A stretch of 64,000 nt of DNA from an uncultured Candidatus Binatia bacterium (lineage in GTDB: Bacteria > Desulfobacterota > Binatia > Bin18). The DNA is taken from the NCBI GenBank assembly GCA_965204455.1, contig CBDBEO010000001.1, positions 6,135 to 70,134 of the forward strand, written 5' to 3'. Under the pieces are notes generated by a model. It made no database searches. It saw only the letters and a program-made list of their open reading frames with translations, and was not told where the DNA came from. Positions 56,520 to 64,000 of this stretch are shown here, piece after piece (within the stretch, counting starts at the first letter, position 1; each line of letters opens with the position of its first letter). Made by a program: the position numbers and the translations under genes.

Positions 56520-57284
56520 ATGGTGTTGTTTCGCCAGCCGGATGCGGCGCGGACGACCGCCTTTCTGGCCGTCCAGGCCGGCCGCCCCTACAGCTATGCC
56601 GAGACCGGTGCGTCGCGCACCGGCCCGCCTCCGGGCTGTGCAGTCGATCATCATCGGGTCTTGCTGGGATACGGGCGGGCGACCTTTCGCGCCGCCCGTG
56701 CGGCGCTGGATGGCTGGCAGATGTTTCGGCTCGGCTGGGTCAGGCTGCGGCCACAGGCGAGCGCTGATAGCCAATCGAGCGGGCACCTGTCCGCCTTTCC
56801 AGCTGTTGAGCGGCCGGTGGCTGAAGGGCAGGTGGTCGCCGTCATTGCCCGGCTGGCCGGGGTGTGGTTTCTGAACGCCTGCCGGGTTGTCTACGTATGG
56901 CAGGATGCCGGAGCGATTGACCGCTTTGGCTTTGCCTATGGCACGCTTGACGCCCATATGGCGCGCGGCGAGGAGCGATTCAGCGTCGAGTGGCATCACA
57001 CCGACGATTCGGTGTGGTACGACCTGCTGGCGTTTTCCCGGCCCCGGCACCTGCTGTTTCGTCTCGGTTATCCGCTGGGTCGGTGGCTACAGCACCGTTT
57101 TGCCCGTGACTGTGCCGCAGCCATGACTCGGGCTGTGGCCGGGGCGCCAAACGGCAGACGGGCCGGGGTTGGCGAAGTCCGGATCGTGCGTCGGCATACC
57201 CCCCGGACCGAGCTGGCCCGCTGGCTCGGCTATTGGGCGGGGATTGTGGGGCTGCTGGGCGGAACGTTTTGCTGGCTGGGGTAA
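56520..57284 (+). CDS. Hypothetical protein (DUF1990-like?)
   Basis: About 255 aa, no signal peptide. The family assignment is tentative. The track start at 56505 is TTG. Confidence 0.35.
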   Translation: MVLFRQPDAARTTAFLAVQAGRPYSYAETGASRTGPPPGCAVDHHRVLLGYGRATFRAARAALDGWQMFRLGWVRLRPQASADSQSSGHLSAFPAVERPVAEGQVVAVIARLAGVWFLNACRVVYVWQDAGAIDRFGFAYGTLDAHMARGEERFSVEWHHTDDSVWYDLLAFSRPRHLLFRLGYPLGRWLQHRFARDCAAAMTRAVAGAPNGRRAGVGEVRIVRRHTPRTELARWLGYWAGIVGLLGGTFCWLG

Positions 57285-57296
57285 AGACGAATGAGA

Positions 57297-57334
57297 ATCT
57301 CTTCTGGAGAATGACTTCCTCCTCCAGAAGAGAT
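57297..57334. terminator. Bidirectional intrinsic-terminator-like hairpin between convergent genes
   Basis: A perfect 13-bp stem, atctcttctggag / ctccagaagagat, with a 12-nt loop. It lies between the + strand gene ending at 57284 and the - strand peroxiredoxin gene ending at 57363. Confidence 0.55.
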
Positions 57335-57362
57335 CCTCGTTCGCCGTTGTGGCCGGTAACGC

Positions 57363-58019
57363 CTATTTCGGCTGGGAGACGAGCCGCAGGTAGGGTTTGA
57401 GGGTCTTCCAGCCCTCGGGGTATTTCTCCTTGGCCTCGGCGTCAGACACCGCCGGCACAATGATCACGTCTTGGCCCTGGCGCCAGTTGACCGGGGTGGC
57501 GACCTTGTGCTGAGCGGTCAGCTGCATGGAGTCCAGCACCCGCAGGACCTCGTCGAAGTTGCGGCCGGTGGTCATCGGGTAGGTCAGCATCAGCTTGATC
57601 TTTTTGTCCGGCCCGATCACAAAGACCGAGCGAATGGTGGCGTTGTCGGCCGCGGTACGCCGGGCGCTGCCGCTGGCCGCGGGGTGGATCATGTCGTACA
57701 GCTTGGAGACGGCCAGGTCGGCGTCGCCGATCAGCGGATAGTTGACCGCATGCCCCTGGGTTTCTGCGATGTCTTTGACCCAGCTGGTGTGATCGCTGAC
57801 CGGGTCGGTGCTGAGGCCGATGATCTTGCAGTTGCGCTTGTCAAATTCGGGTTTGAGGCCGGCCATATAGCCCAGCTCGGTCGTGCACACCGGGGTGAAA
57901 TCCTTGGGGTGGGAGAACAGAATCGCCCAGCTGTCCCCAATCCAGTCATGAAAGTTGATCGTGCCCTCCGTTGTGTCGGCGGTAAAATTCGGAGCTTCTT
58001 CACCAATATGGAGCGCCAT
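57363..58019 (-). CDS. 1-Cys peroxiredoxin (Prx6-type)
   Basis: MALHIGEEAPNFTADTTEGTINFHDWIGDSWAILFSHPKDFTPVCTTELG... is the canonical peroxiredoxin active site (PVCTTE). The track ORF has a non-coding N-terminal extension. Confidence 0.9.
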   Translation of the reverse strand: MALHIGEEAPNFTADTTEGTINFHDWIGDSWAILFSHPKDFTPVCTTELGYMAGLKPEFDKRNCKIIGLSTDPVSDHTSWVKDIAETQGHAVNYPLIGDADLAVSKLYDMIHPAASGSARRTAADNATIRSVFVIGPDKKIKLMLTYPMTTGRNFDEVLRVLDSMQLTAQHKVATPVNWRQGQDVIIVPAVSDAEAKEKYPEGWKTLKPYLRLVSQPK

Positions 58020-58140
58020 GCTTGTCCTCCCCTGAGAGTGATGTGAGCTGAAGGTGAACGAGACTCGCTTCTCGCTGCGGTGGTCGGCCGCGTTCACCCC
58101 CCCTTTTCTAACGATTTCCCAGCCGAGAGTCCAGCCTGAC

Positions 58141-59280
58141 CTAGGCCGAAAACCCTTCGAGCCGGGCCAGCCGCTCGCGGTGGTAGGTGGCGTCCCCGAA
58201 GGCGAACTCGTTCCACTTGGCGCGCTTGAACCAGAAGTGCATATCGTGCTCCCAGGTGAAGCCGATGCCGCCGTGCATCTGGACCGCCCGGTTGGTCGTG
58301 CGGGCATACACGTCCGACAGCCGAGCCTTGGCCAGGGCGGCGGCTCGGGATGCCTCGGCAGGCAGGGCGTCAAAGGCGTAGGCGGCATACCACACCAGCG
58401 ACCGGGCCGGCTCGATGTCGCTGGCCATCTCTGCCGCCATATGCTTCAAGGCCTGGAACGAGGCGATGGGGCGGTTGAACTGGGTGCGGGTTTTGGTGTA
58501 CTCGACGGCCAGCTCCAGGGCTTTCTGCGCCCCGCCCAGGCTGTCGGCGGCCAGGGCCACACACGCCGCGTCAAGCAGCCTGGCCACGATTTTCCAGCCC
58601 TTGTCCTTTTTGCCGAGCAGGGCGGTTTTGGGTACGGCGACCTGCTGGAACTCGGCCCGATACACCCGGCGGGTCTGGTCAACGATATCGAGCGGGGTGA
58701 GGCTGAGGCCCGGAGCCTGCCGCTCGACCAGGAACAGGCTGACCCCCTGTTCGGCCTTGCCCGAGGTTCGCGCCACTACCAGCAGGACATCGGCAACCTC
58801 CGCAAATGGGACAAACATCTTGGTGCCGGACAGCACATAGCCGTGTTTGGTTTTTTTGGCTTTGAGCCGCACGCCCCGGGCGTCGAGACGGTCGTCGGCC
58901 TCAAGCAGGGCCAGCGTGCCAATCGCCTGGCCCGTAGCCAGACGCGGCAGCCAGGTCTGCCGCTGGGCCGAACTGCCGGCCTGGACCAGGCCCAGGGTGG
59001 TCAGCACCGACGAGAACACGAACGGGCCGGGCACGACCGCCCGTCCGATCTCTTCGAGCAGGACCGCCATATCCAGCATGCCGAGTCCCAGGCCGCCGTG
59101 GGCTTCGGGGATCAACAGACCGGTCCAGCCCAGTTCGGCCGTCTTGCGGTGGAGTTCGGGCGAAAACCCCTTGGGGTCGTCGTACAGCTCTCGGACCAGA
59201 CCGGGCGGGCACTCCTGGCTCAGAAATTCCCGGGCTGTGTTTTGCAGCAGCTCCTGTTCGGCTGACAGGCCAAAATCCAT
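58141..59280 (-). CDS. Acyl-CoA dehydrogenase family protein
   Basis: 379 aa with ACAD N/M/C domain patterns (...GLGMLDMAVLLEEIGR..., C-terminal ...QMHGGIGFTWEHD...). Confidence 0.9.
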   Translation of the reverse strand: MDFGLSAEQELLQNTAREFLSQECPPGLVRELYDDPKGFSPELHRKTAELGWTGLLIPEAHGGLGLGMLDMAVLLEEIGRAVVPGPFVFSSVLTTLGLVQAGSSAQRQTWLPRLATGQAIGTLALLEADDRLDARGVRLKAKKTKHGYVLSGTKMFVPFAEVADVLLVVARTSGKAEQGVSLFLVERQAPGLSLTPLDIVDQTRRVYRAEFQQVAVPKTALLGKKDKGWKIVARLLDAACVALAADSLGGAQKALELAVEYTKTRTQFNRPIASFQALKHMAAEMASDIEPARSLVWYAAYAFDALPAEASRAAALAKARLSDVYARTTNRAVQMHGGIGFTWEHDMHFWFKRAKWNEFAFGDATYHRERLARLEGFSA

Positions 59281-59300
59281 AGCGCTCCCTCGACTGCGGT

Positions 59301-60491
59301 TCAGCCCGACTTGGGCATGCCCAAGCCCCGCTCACTGATGATATTCTTCTGGATCTGTGAGGTGCCGCCGCCGATAATCAGACCCAGGGTAAACATGAAC
59401 TCGTACTGCCACACGCCGTTATCGATCACCCGGTCTGTCCCGCGTTTGAGCGGGGCGTAGGAATTCATGATCTCGAGCGCCAGGGCGCAGATGTCGTGGT
59501 TCAGCTCGGTGCCGACCAGCTTGTTGACCATGGCTCCGAGCCCGGCTCGGCGGCCTTTGATGACATCGGTCAGCTGGCGCAGCGAGTGGTACTTCATGGC
59601 CTCGACCCGACCGAGCAGCTCGGCCAGCTTCTGGCGGATGACCGGGTCCTCGGCCGCCGGCTTGCCGTAGCGCCGATGGCTGCGGGCCAGCCGCAGCAGG
59701 TTGTGCATCATCATCTGGGTGCGGGTGGTCGAGCCCAGCATGTTGCGCTCGTGAAACAGGGTCGCGTTGGCCACCATCCAGCCCTGGTGCAGTTCGCCGA
59801 CCAGGTTGTCCCGGGGGACGCGCACGTCCTCGAAAAATACCTCGTTGAAGCCGGCGTCGCCCGTCATCTGGACCAGGGGGCGGACCGTAATCCCGGGCGT
59901 TTTCATGTCGATCAGGACGTAGGAGATGCCACGGTGCTTGGGCGCGTCCGGGTCGGTCCGGACCAGGCAGAACATCCAGTCCGAAAACTGGGCGCCCGAG
60001 GTCCAGACCTTCTGGCCGTTGATGATGAACTCGTCGCCGACCAGTTCGGCCCGCGTCCGCAGGGAGGCCAGGTCTGAGCCCGAGCCGGGTTCGGAATAGC
60101 CCTGACACCAGATCTCTTCGGCGGTCAGCACGGTGGGCAGATAGCGCTGTTTCTGCTGCTCGGTGCCGCACTGCAGCAGGGTCGGGCCGAGCATGGTCAG
60201 GCCCGAGGCGCCGATCAGGCCCGGCGCCCGGGCCAGGATGAGTTCTTCGTTGACGATGGTCTGGCGCATGACATCGCTGTCGCCCTGGCCGCCGTACTCC
60301 TTGGGCCAGCCCCTGGCCACATAGCCGGCCTGATGCAGGCTGCGCTGCCAGGCTTTTGCGCGTTTGAGGCGGCGTGGATCGTCGGGCGCCAGCGTGCTGA
60401 GCGATTTGTCCTTTTGGGGAACGTTTTTTTTCATCCAGGCCCGGACCTGTTTGCGAAAGGCCTCGTCCTGTTTGGAATAACTGAGATCCAT
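59301..60491 (-). CDS. Acyl-CoA dehydrogenase family protein
   Basis: 396 aa: ...CQGYSEPGSGSDLASLRT... and the C-terminal ACAD fold. Confidence 0.9.
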   Translation of the reverse strand: MDLSYSKQDEAFRKQVRAWMKKNVPQKDKSLSTLAPDDPRRLKRAKAWQRSLHQAGYVARGWPKEYGGQGDSDVMRQTIVNEELILARAPGLIGASGLTMLGPTLLQCGTEQQKQRYLPTVLTAEEIWCQGYSEPGSGSDLASLRTRAELVGDEFIINGQKVWTSGAQFSDWMFCLVRTDPDAPKHRGISYVLIDMKTPGITVRPLVQMTGDAGFNEVFFEDVRVPRDNLVGELHQGWMVANATLFHERNMLGSTTRTQMMMHNLLRLARSHRRYGKPAAEDPVIRQKLAELLGRVEAMKYHSLRQLTDVIKGRRAGLGAMVNKLVGTELNHDICALALEIMNSYAPLKRGTDRVIDNGVWQYEFMFTLGLIIGGGTSQIQKNIISERGLGMPKSG

Positions 60492-60509
60492 ATCACCCTC
60501 CGGCGTGGG

Positions 60510-61622
60510 CTACAGGTTGTACAGCCGTCTGGCGTTCTCGCCGATGATCTTGGTCCGGGCGGCTTCCGACAGCGGCGCGCAGGCTTCTCGAACCTCCTCG
60601 ACCACGCCCGGAAAGGTGCAGTCGAAGTGCGGATAGTCCGAGCCCCAGATCACGCAGTCTTCCAGGCCCATGGCGACCATGCCCTGCAGGGTGCGTTCGT
60701 CGGGGTCGAGGGCGATAAAGCACTGCTGCTTGAAATGCTCGCTCGGTTTTTGCTTCAGCCACGGCACGTAATGGCCCATTTTCTCGAAATGACCGTCCAT
60801 GCGGTCGAGCCAGTAACCGATCCAGCCCACGCCCGATTCCAGAAAGGCGACCCGCAGCCCGGGGAACTTGCTCAGCACCCCGCCGCAGATGATATCCATG
60901 CACGCGCCCTGCTGCTCCCAGGGGTGGCAGACCATGTGGAAGAAAAACGGGTCTTTGTAACGCTCCTGGCCCAGCGTCGGCATTTTGGTGCCAAAGCTGC
61001 CGTGAATGGCGATTGGAATGTTCAGCGCCTCGGCCTCGCGCCACAGCACGTCATAGGCCGGATCGTTCAGCCGGCGACCGTTGAACGGGTTGGGACGGAT
61101 GAACACGGCCCGCATGTCCAGCTCTCTCACGACGCGGCGCATCTCGGTGACCGCTTCGTTGACATCCTGGAGCGGCAGCGGGGCAACGGCAAAGAAGCGC
61201 TCGGGGTAGGGCTTGCAGAAGTCGGCAATCCAGTTGTTATAGGCCCGGCACGCGGCCGCGGCCAGCTGCGGGTCTTCCAGGTCGCCGTAGATCAGCCACA
61301 GGCTGGGATAGAAAAAGGCCTGCTCAATGCCTTCGAGGTCCATGTCCTTGACCCGGGCGTGGGGGTCATAGCCGCCCACAACGATCTCGTCCCAGCCCAT
61401 GGTCCGGGCTTTGTGCGGGTCGGACAGCCCGCCCGGCGTACACGCCGCAGCAATCGCCATGTTCCGGTCGTGGCGGACTTGGCCGTTGATCCTGAGCTTA
61501 TCAATGCCGTCACGGTCACGAAAAATCTGAATCACCCCGTCGCGATAGGCCGGCTCGGTATACTCCTGCCAGACGCTCGGCGGCTCGAGAATATGTCCAT
61601 CCGCGTCAATAATCTGGGCCAT
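60510..61622 (-). CDS. Amidohydrolase-2 family metal-dependent hydrolase (ACMSD-like)
   Basis: RBS aggagag, then start MAQIIDADGHILEP. ...IIGENARRLY is a typical PF04909 C-terminus. Confidence 0.75.
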   Translation of the reverse strand: MAQIIDADGHILEPPSVWQEYTEPAYRDGVIQIFRDRDGIDKLRINGQVRHDRNMAIAAACTPGGLSDPHKARTMGWDEIVVGGYDPHARVKDMDLEGIEQAFFYPSLWLIYGDLEDPQLAAAACRAYNNWIADFCKPYPERFFAVAPLPLQDVNEAVTEMRRVVRELDMRAVFIRPNPFNGRRLNDPAYDVLWREAEALNIPIAIHGSFGTKMPTLGQERYKDPFFFHMVCHPWEQQGACMDIICGGVLSKFPGLRVAFLESGVGWIGYWLDRMDGHFEKMGHYVPWLKQKPSEHFKQQCFIALDPDERTLQGMVAMGLEDCVIWGSDYPHFDCTFPGVVEEVREACAPLSEAARTKIIGENARRLYNL

Positions 61623-61705
61623 GGCTGCTCTCCTGTGTGGCGTTCCTCGGCGCCCATCTTCGGCGTCCATTTTCACTGTTCACTACGCGCAGGCGGCGCG
61701 GCCTG

Positions 61706-62179
61706 TCAACCTGACACCCCGGGCAGGCCGACGACGACCTGATTGCTGATCCGCTCCACCTCACCGTCGGCCCGCAGGCCCTTGAGGGAAACCGTGCAAC
61801 ACGTCTCTGGATCGCTGAGGTCGTCCCAGTCGATGTCGGCCTCGGCCGGGATGGGAAAGCTGACCGAGACCGCGCCGGCGTAGCGCTTGAAGGGCTCGAG
61901 CGCGCCGGCCAGTCTGACCTCGGGTTCGAGCGGAAAGACCAGCACTTCGAGGTAGGGCAGGGGCAGCTCGGCGTCCTCGGCCAGGTCATATTCGAGCCGG
62001 ACGGTCAGCGATTCGGCGTTGAAGCGGAGCAGCTCGACCTGTGAGATGTGAATCAGCTCCCTGCTGGGCTCTGAACCCGAGCAGCCCCAGAGCAGCAATC
62101 CGGCCACGAGAAGCAGAACGCCAGGCAGATACCTGAATCCGTTTTTTTGCTGAGAGGTGCGTGCCTGTTGTCTGCTCAT
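61706..62179 (-). CDS. Hypothetical lipoprotein
   Basis: Signal/lipobox ...LLLWGCSGS. 157 aa. Confidence 0.4.
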   Translation of the reverse strand: MSRQQARTSQQKNGFRYLPGVLLLVAGLLLWGCSGSEPSRELIHISQVELLRFNAESLTVRLEYDLAEDAELPLPYLEVLVFPLEPEVRLAGALEPFKRYAGAVSVSFPIPAEADIDWDDLSDPETCCTVSLKGLRADGEVERISNQVVVGLPGVSG

Positions 62180-62240
62180 GTTCCATCCCCCGCCGTGCGA
62201 AGACCGCCTGGCGCCGGAGCGATTTCAGACCTGGACCGGG

Positions 62241-63128
62241 CTAAATCAGCTTCACGTCCCGTGCGAAGCGTTCCATCATGCCGGCCATGTCTTCGTAGCT
62301 GCGGGCAAAGTTGAAAAACGCCAGGTACAGATAGCTGGCTCCCAGCTCCTGGTAGCGCGGAATGTCATCGACGATGGCCTCGGGCCGTTTGCCCCGGGGC
62401 GACACACACAGGGTAATGGTGGACCTGTCCCGCCCGGCCTTGGCCGCCCTGTCCCTGAGTTTGTCCACCCGTTCGGCAAATTCTTCAGGACTGAACACCA
62501 CGGCCGCCCAGCCGTCGCCGTATTCGACGATCCGGCGCAGAGCCGGTCCGGTATGCCCGCCCAGCCAGATCGGCGGGTGGGGGCGTTGGACCGGTCGGGG
62601 CTCGCAGCACAGCTCGGGGAACTGGTGAAAGCGGCCCGAGAAGCTGGCGCTGTCTGCGGTCCACAGGGCCTTCATGACCGCCACACTCTCGTCGCTCAGC
62701 GGGCCGCGGTCGGCAAACGGGGCGTTGAGGGCCTTGAACTCCTCCTCCATCCAGCCCACGCCGACCCCCAGGATGACCCGGCCGGCGGACAAGACATCGA
62801 GGGTGGCGACCGTCTTGGCGGTCACGACCGCATTCCGATGGGGCAGGACCAGGACGGCCGTGCCGAGACGGATGGTGGTGGTGCAGGCGGCGGCAAAGCT
62901 CAAGACTGTCAGCGGCTCAAGGATGGGCGCGTGCGGGTTGAGCGGAAACGCCCCGTTGGCGGTATACGGATACTGTGAGGCGATCTCCAGCGGGGTGACG
63001 ATGTGATCGCCCACCCACACCGAATCGTAGCCGAGCGCTTCGGCCGTTTGGGCGGTGGTCCGAATGTTGTTCAGCACGTCGCCTCTGGCCAGCGGACCGA
63101 TGTGGGGTAAAAAGGCTCCGTATTGCAT
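62241..63128 (-). CDS. LLM-class F420-dependent oxidoreductase-like protein
   Basis: RBS gaggagg, then start MQYGAFLPHIGPLA...LGYDSVWVGDHIVTP...LGVGVGW..., the luciferase-like (TIGR03619-type) pattern. Confidence 0.8.
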   Translation of the reverse strand: MQYGAFLPHIGPLARGDVLNNIRTTAQTAEALGYDSVWVGDHIVTPLEIASQYPYTANGAFPLNPHAPILEPLTVLSFAAACTTTIRLGTAVLVLPHRNAVVTAKTVATLDVLSAGRVILGVGVGWMEEEFKALNAPFADRGPLSDESVAVMKALWTADSASFSGRFHQFPELCCEPRPVQRPHPPIWLGGHTGPALRRIVEYGDGWAAVVFSPEEFAERVDKLRDRAAKAGRDRSTITLCVSPRGKRPEAIVDDIPRYQELGASYLYLAFFNFARSYEDMAGMMERFARDVKLI

Positions 63129-63349
63129 GCTGCGTCCCTCCTCTGGGGCTCTCGACTCGCCAAGTGAACGATGCGGGCTGCCTCGGTGAGAAAAGATCAT
63201 CGTTCCCCTGTTGGGTCAAGACAAGGCCGGCGAATGGGCCGGGCGCGGCCCGCAATCTGGCAATCCGGGGCCGGACGTGCTAACACCACCTGAACCGCAG
63301 TCCGCCCGAAACACACGAGTCTGACGAATCGAGATTCATGAGGAGAGCC

Positions 63350-64000
63350 ATGGAGGGAGTCCGCATACTCTTGGTCCGACACGGGGAGACGGTGTGGAAC
63401 CAGGAAAACCGCTGGCAGGGCCAGGCCGACGTGCCGCTGAGCGACAACGGGCGGGACCAGTCGTGGCGTCTGGCGCGGCGGCTGGACGCGGAAAAGCAGC
63501 CGGTCCAGGCGATCTACACCAGCGACCTGATCCGCGCGGTGGATACGGCGATGATTCTGGGCCAGACCCTGGGGGTCGAGCCGACCATTGAGACCGGCTG
63601 GCGGGAGATGAACATCGGCACCTGGAGCGGGCTGCGGACCGGCGAGGTGATTGCCCGCCACCCCGAGGAGTGGGAACGCCTGCGGGCGGGCGAGGATCTG
63701 CCTCGGGGCGGCGGCGAGACCTTCGCCCATTTTCAGGGCCGCCTGATTGCTGCCGCCCGGTCACTGGTCACCAGGCACCCCGGTCAGCAGGTGGCGGTGG
63801 TGACCCACGGCGGTGCGGTGCGGGCGTTCTTGCTGTACTGCCGCGGTTTGGCCATGAGCGAGTTCCGCAAGATCGACAAAATCGGCAACACCGGCCTGAG
63901 CAAGGTGACCCTGAGCGCGGGCGGCAGCGCGCTGATCCATTATGTGAACGACACCAGTCATCTGGATGGGGTGGCGTTGTCGGGCGAGACGGTTGACGCC
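63350..64000 (+). CDS. Histidine phosphatase (phosphoglycerate mutase-like) family protein, partial at window end
   Basis: MEGVRILLVRHGETVWNQENRWQGQADVPLS... (RHGE catalytic motif). There is no stop before position 64000. Confidence 0.75.
   Translation, partial: MEGVRILLVRHGETVWNQENRWQGQADVPLSDNGRDQSWRLARRLDAEKQPVQAIYTSDLIRAVDTAMILGQTLGVEPTIETGWREMNIGTWSGLRTGEVIARHPEEWERLRAGEDLPRGGGETFAHFQGRLIAAARSLVTRHPGQQVAVVTHGGAVRAFLLYCRGLAMSEFRKIDKIGNTGLSKVTLSAGGSALIHYVNDTSHLDGVALSGETVDA

Noticed and set aside
58054-59265. 403-aa + strand ORF
   Set aside because: It is antisense to the acyl-CoA dehydrogenase at 58141-59280.
1-64000. CRISPR arrays, rRNA and tRNA genes
   Set aside because: I scanned intergenic regions larger than 60 bp and found no regularly spaced direct repeats and no cloverleaf-compatible 70-90-nt segments. 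The only short tandem or dispersed repeats are those reported (the 12-bp coding repeat, the CT microsatellite and the REP elements).

Overview
This 64-kb window is a high-GC (about 65%) chromosomal stretch. The gene content points to a Gram-negative bacterium: TonB-dependent receptors, LpxC, several lipoproteins and a Bat-like aerotolerance operon. It is densely coding on both strands and mostly housekeeping or metabolic genes.

Genes I can support, in order through the window:
- A partial cobQ, a LOG-family gene, a DsbA-like isomerase and a NUDIX hydrolase.
- A tetrapyrrole block, all on the minus strand: sirC, a ccsA/hemX-like gene, hemA, hemC and a cobA-hemD fusion.
- An MltD-like lytic transglycosylase with LysM repeats.
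- At least five luciferase-like (LLM) flavin/F420-type oxidoreductases scattered across the window.
- A hisC-family aminotransferase, an LLM oxidoreductase and a homogentisate-dioxygenase-like cupin in one apparent operon.
- Two tandem paralogous TonB-dependent receptors next to an NCS2 nucleobase permease that has an odd C-terminal extension.
- The yebC-ruvC-ruvA-ruvB cluster.
- An NtrY-like sensor kinase followed by a response-regulator receiver fused to a catalytically intact LpxC.
- An M48 peptidase, an SLC13/TrkA-C transporter and an SDR oxidoreductase.
- A Bat-like operon: membrane protein, MoxR, DUF58, BatA-like and a large vWA protein.
- A small operon of an MBL-like protein, a hypothetical, a PTPS/QueD-family protein and a mini cytochrome c.
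- xerC-hslV-hslU, a 1-Cys peroxiredoxin, two acyl-CoA dehydrogenases, an amidohydrolase and a partial histidine phosphatase.

The two most unusual items are the receiver-LpxC fusion at 31166-32449 and a roughly 1.8-kb low-GC island at about 38.6-40.4 kb. The island carries an AAA_21/ABC-type ATPase whose Walker B motif reads QQ instead of DE, plus a small PIN-like nuclease, and looks like a horizontally acquired candidate defence or abortive-infection module.

Other things worth noting:
- A REP/BIME-like palindrome pair flanked by 44-bp direct repeats.
- A (CT)n microsatellite abutting a Shine-Dalgarno sequence in a divergent promoter.
- A 12-bp in-frame tandem repeat inside cobA-hemD.

I found no rRNA, tRNA or CRISPR array. 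Many long ORFs in the six-frame track are antisense artefacts of the high GC content and are rejected below.
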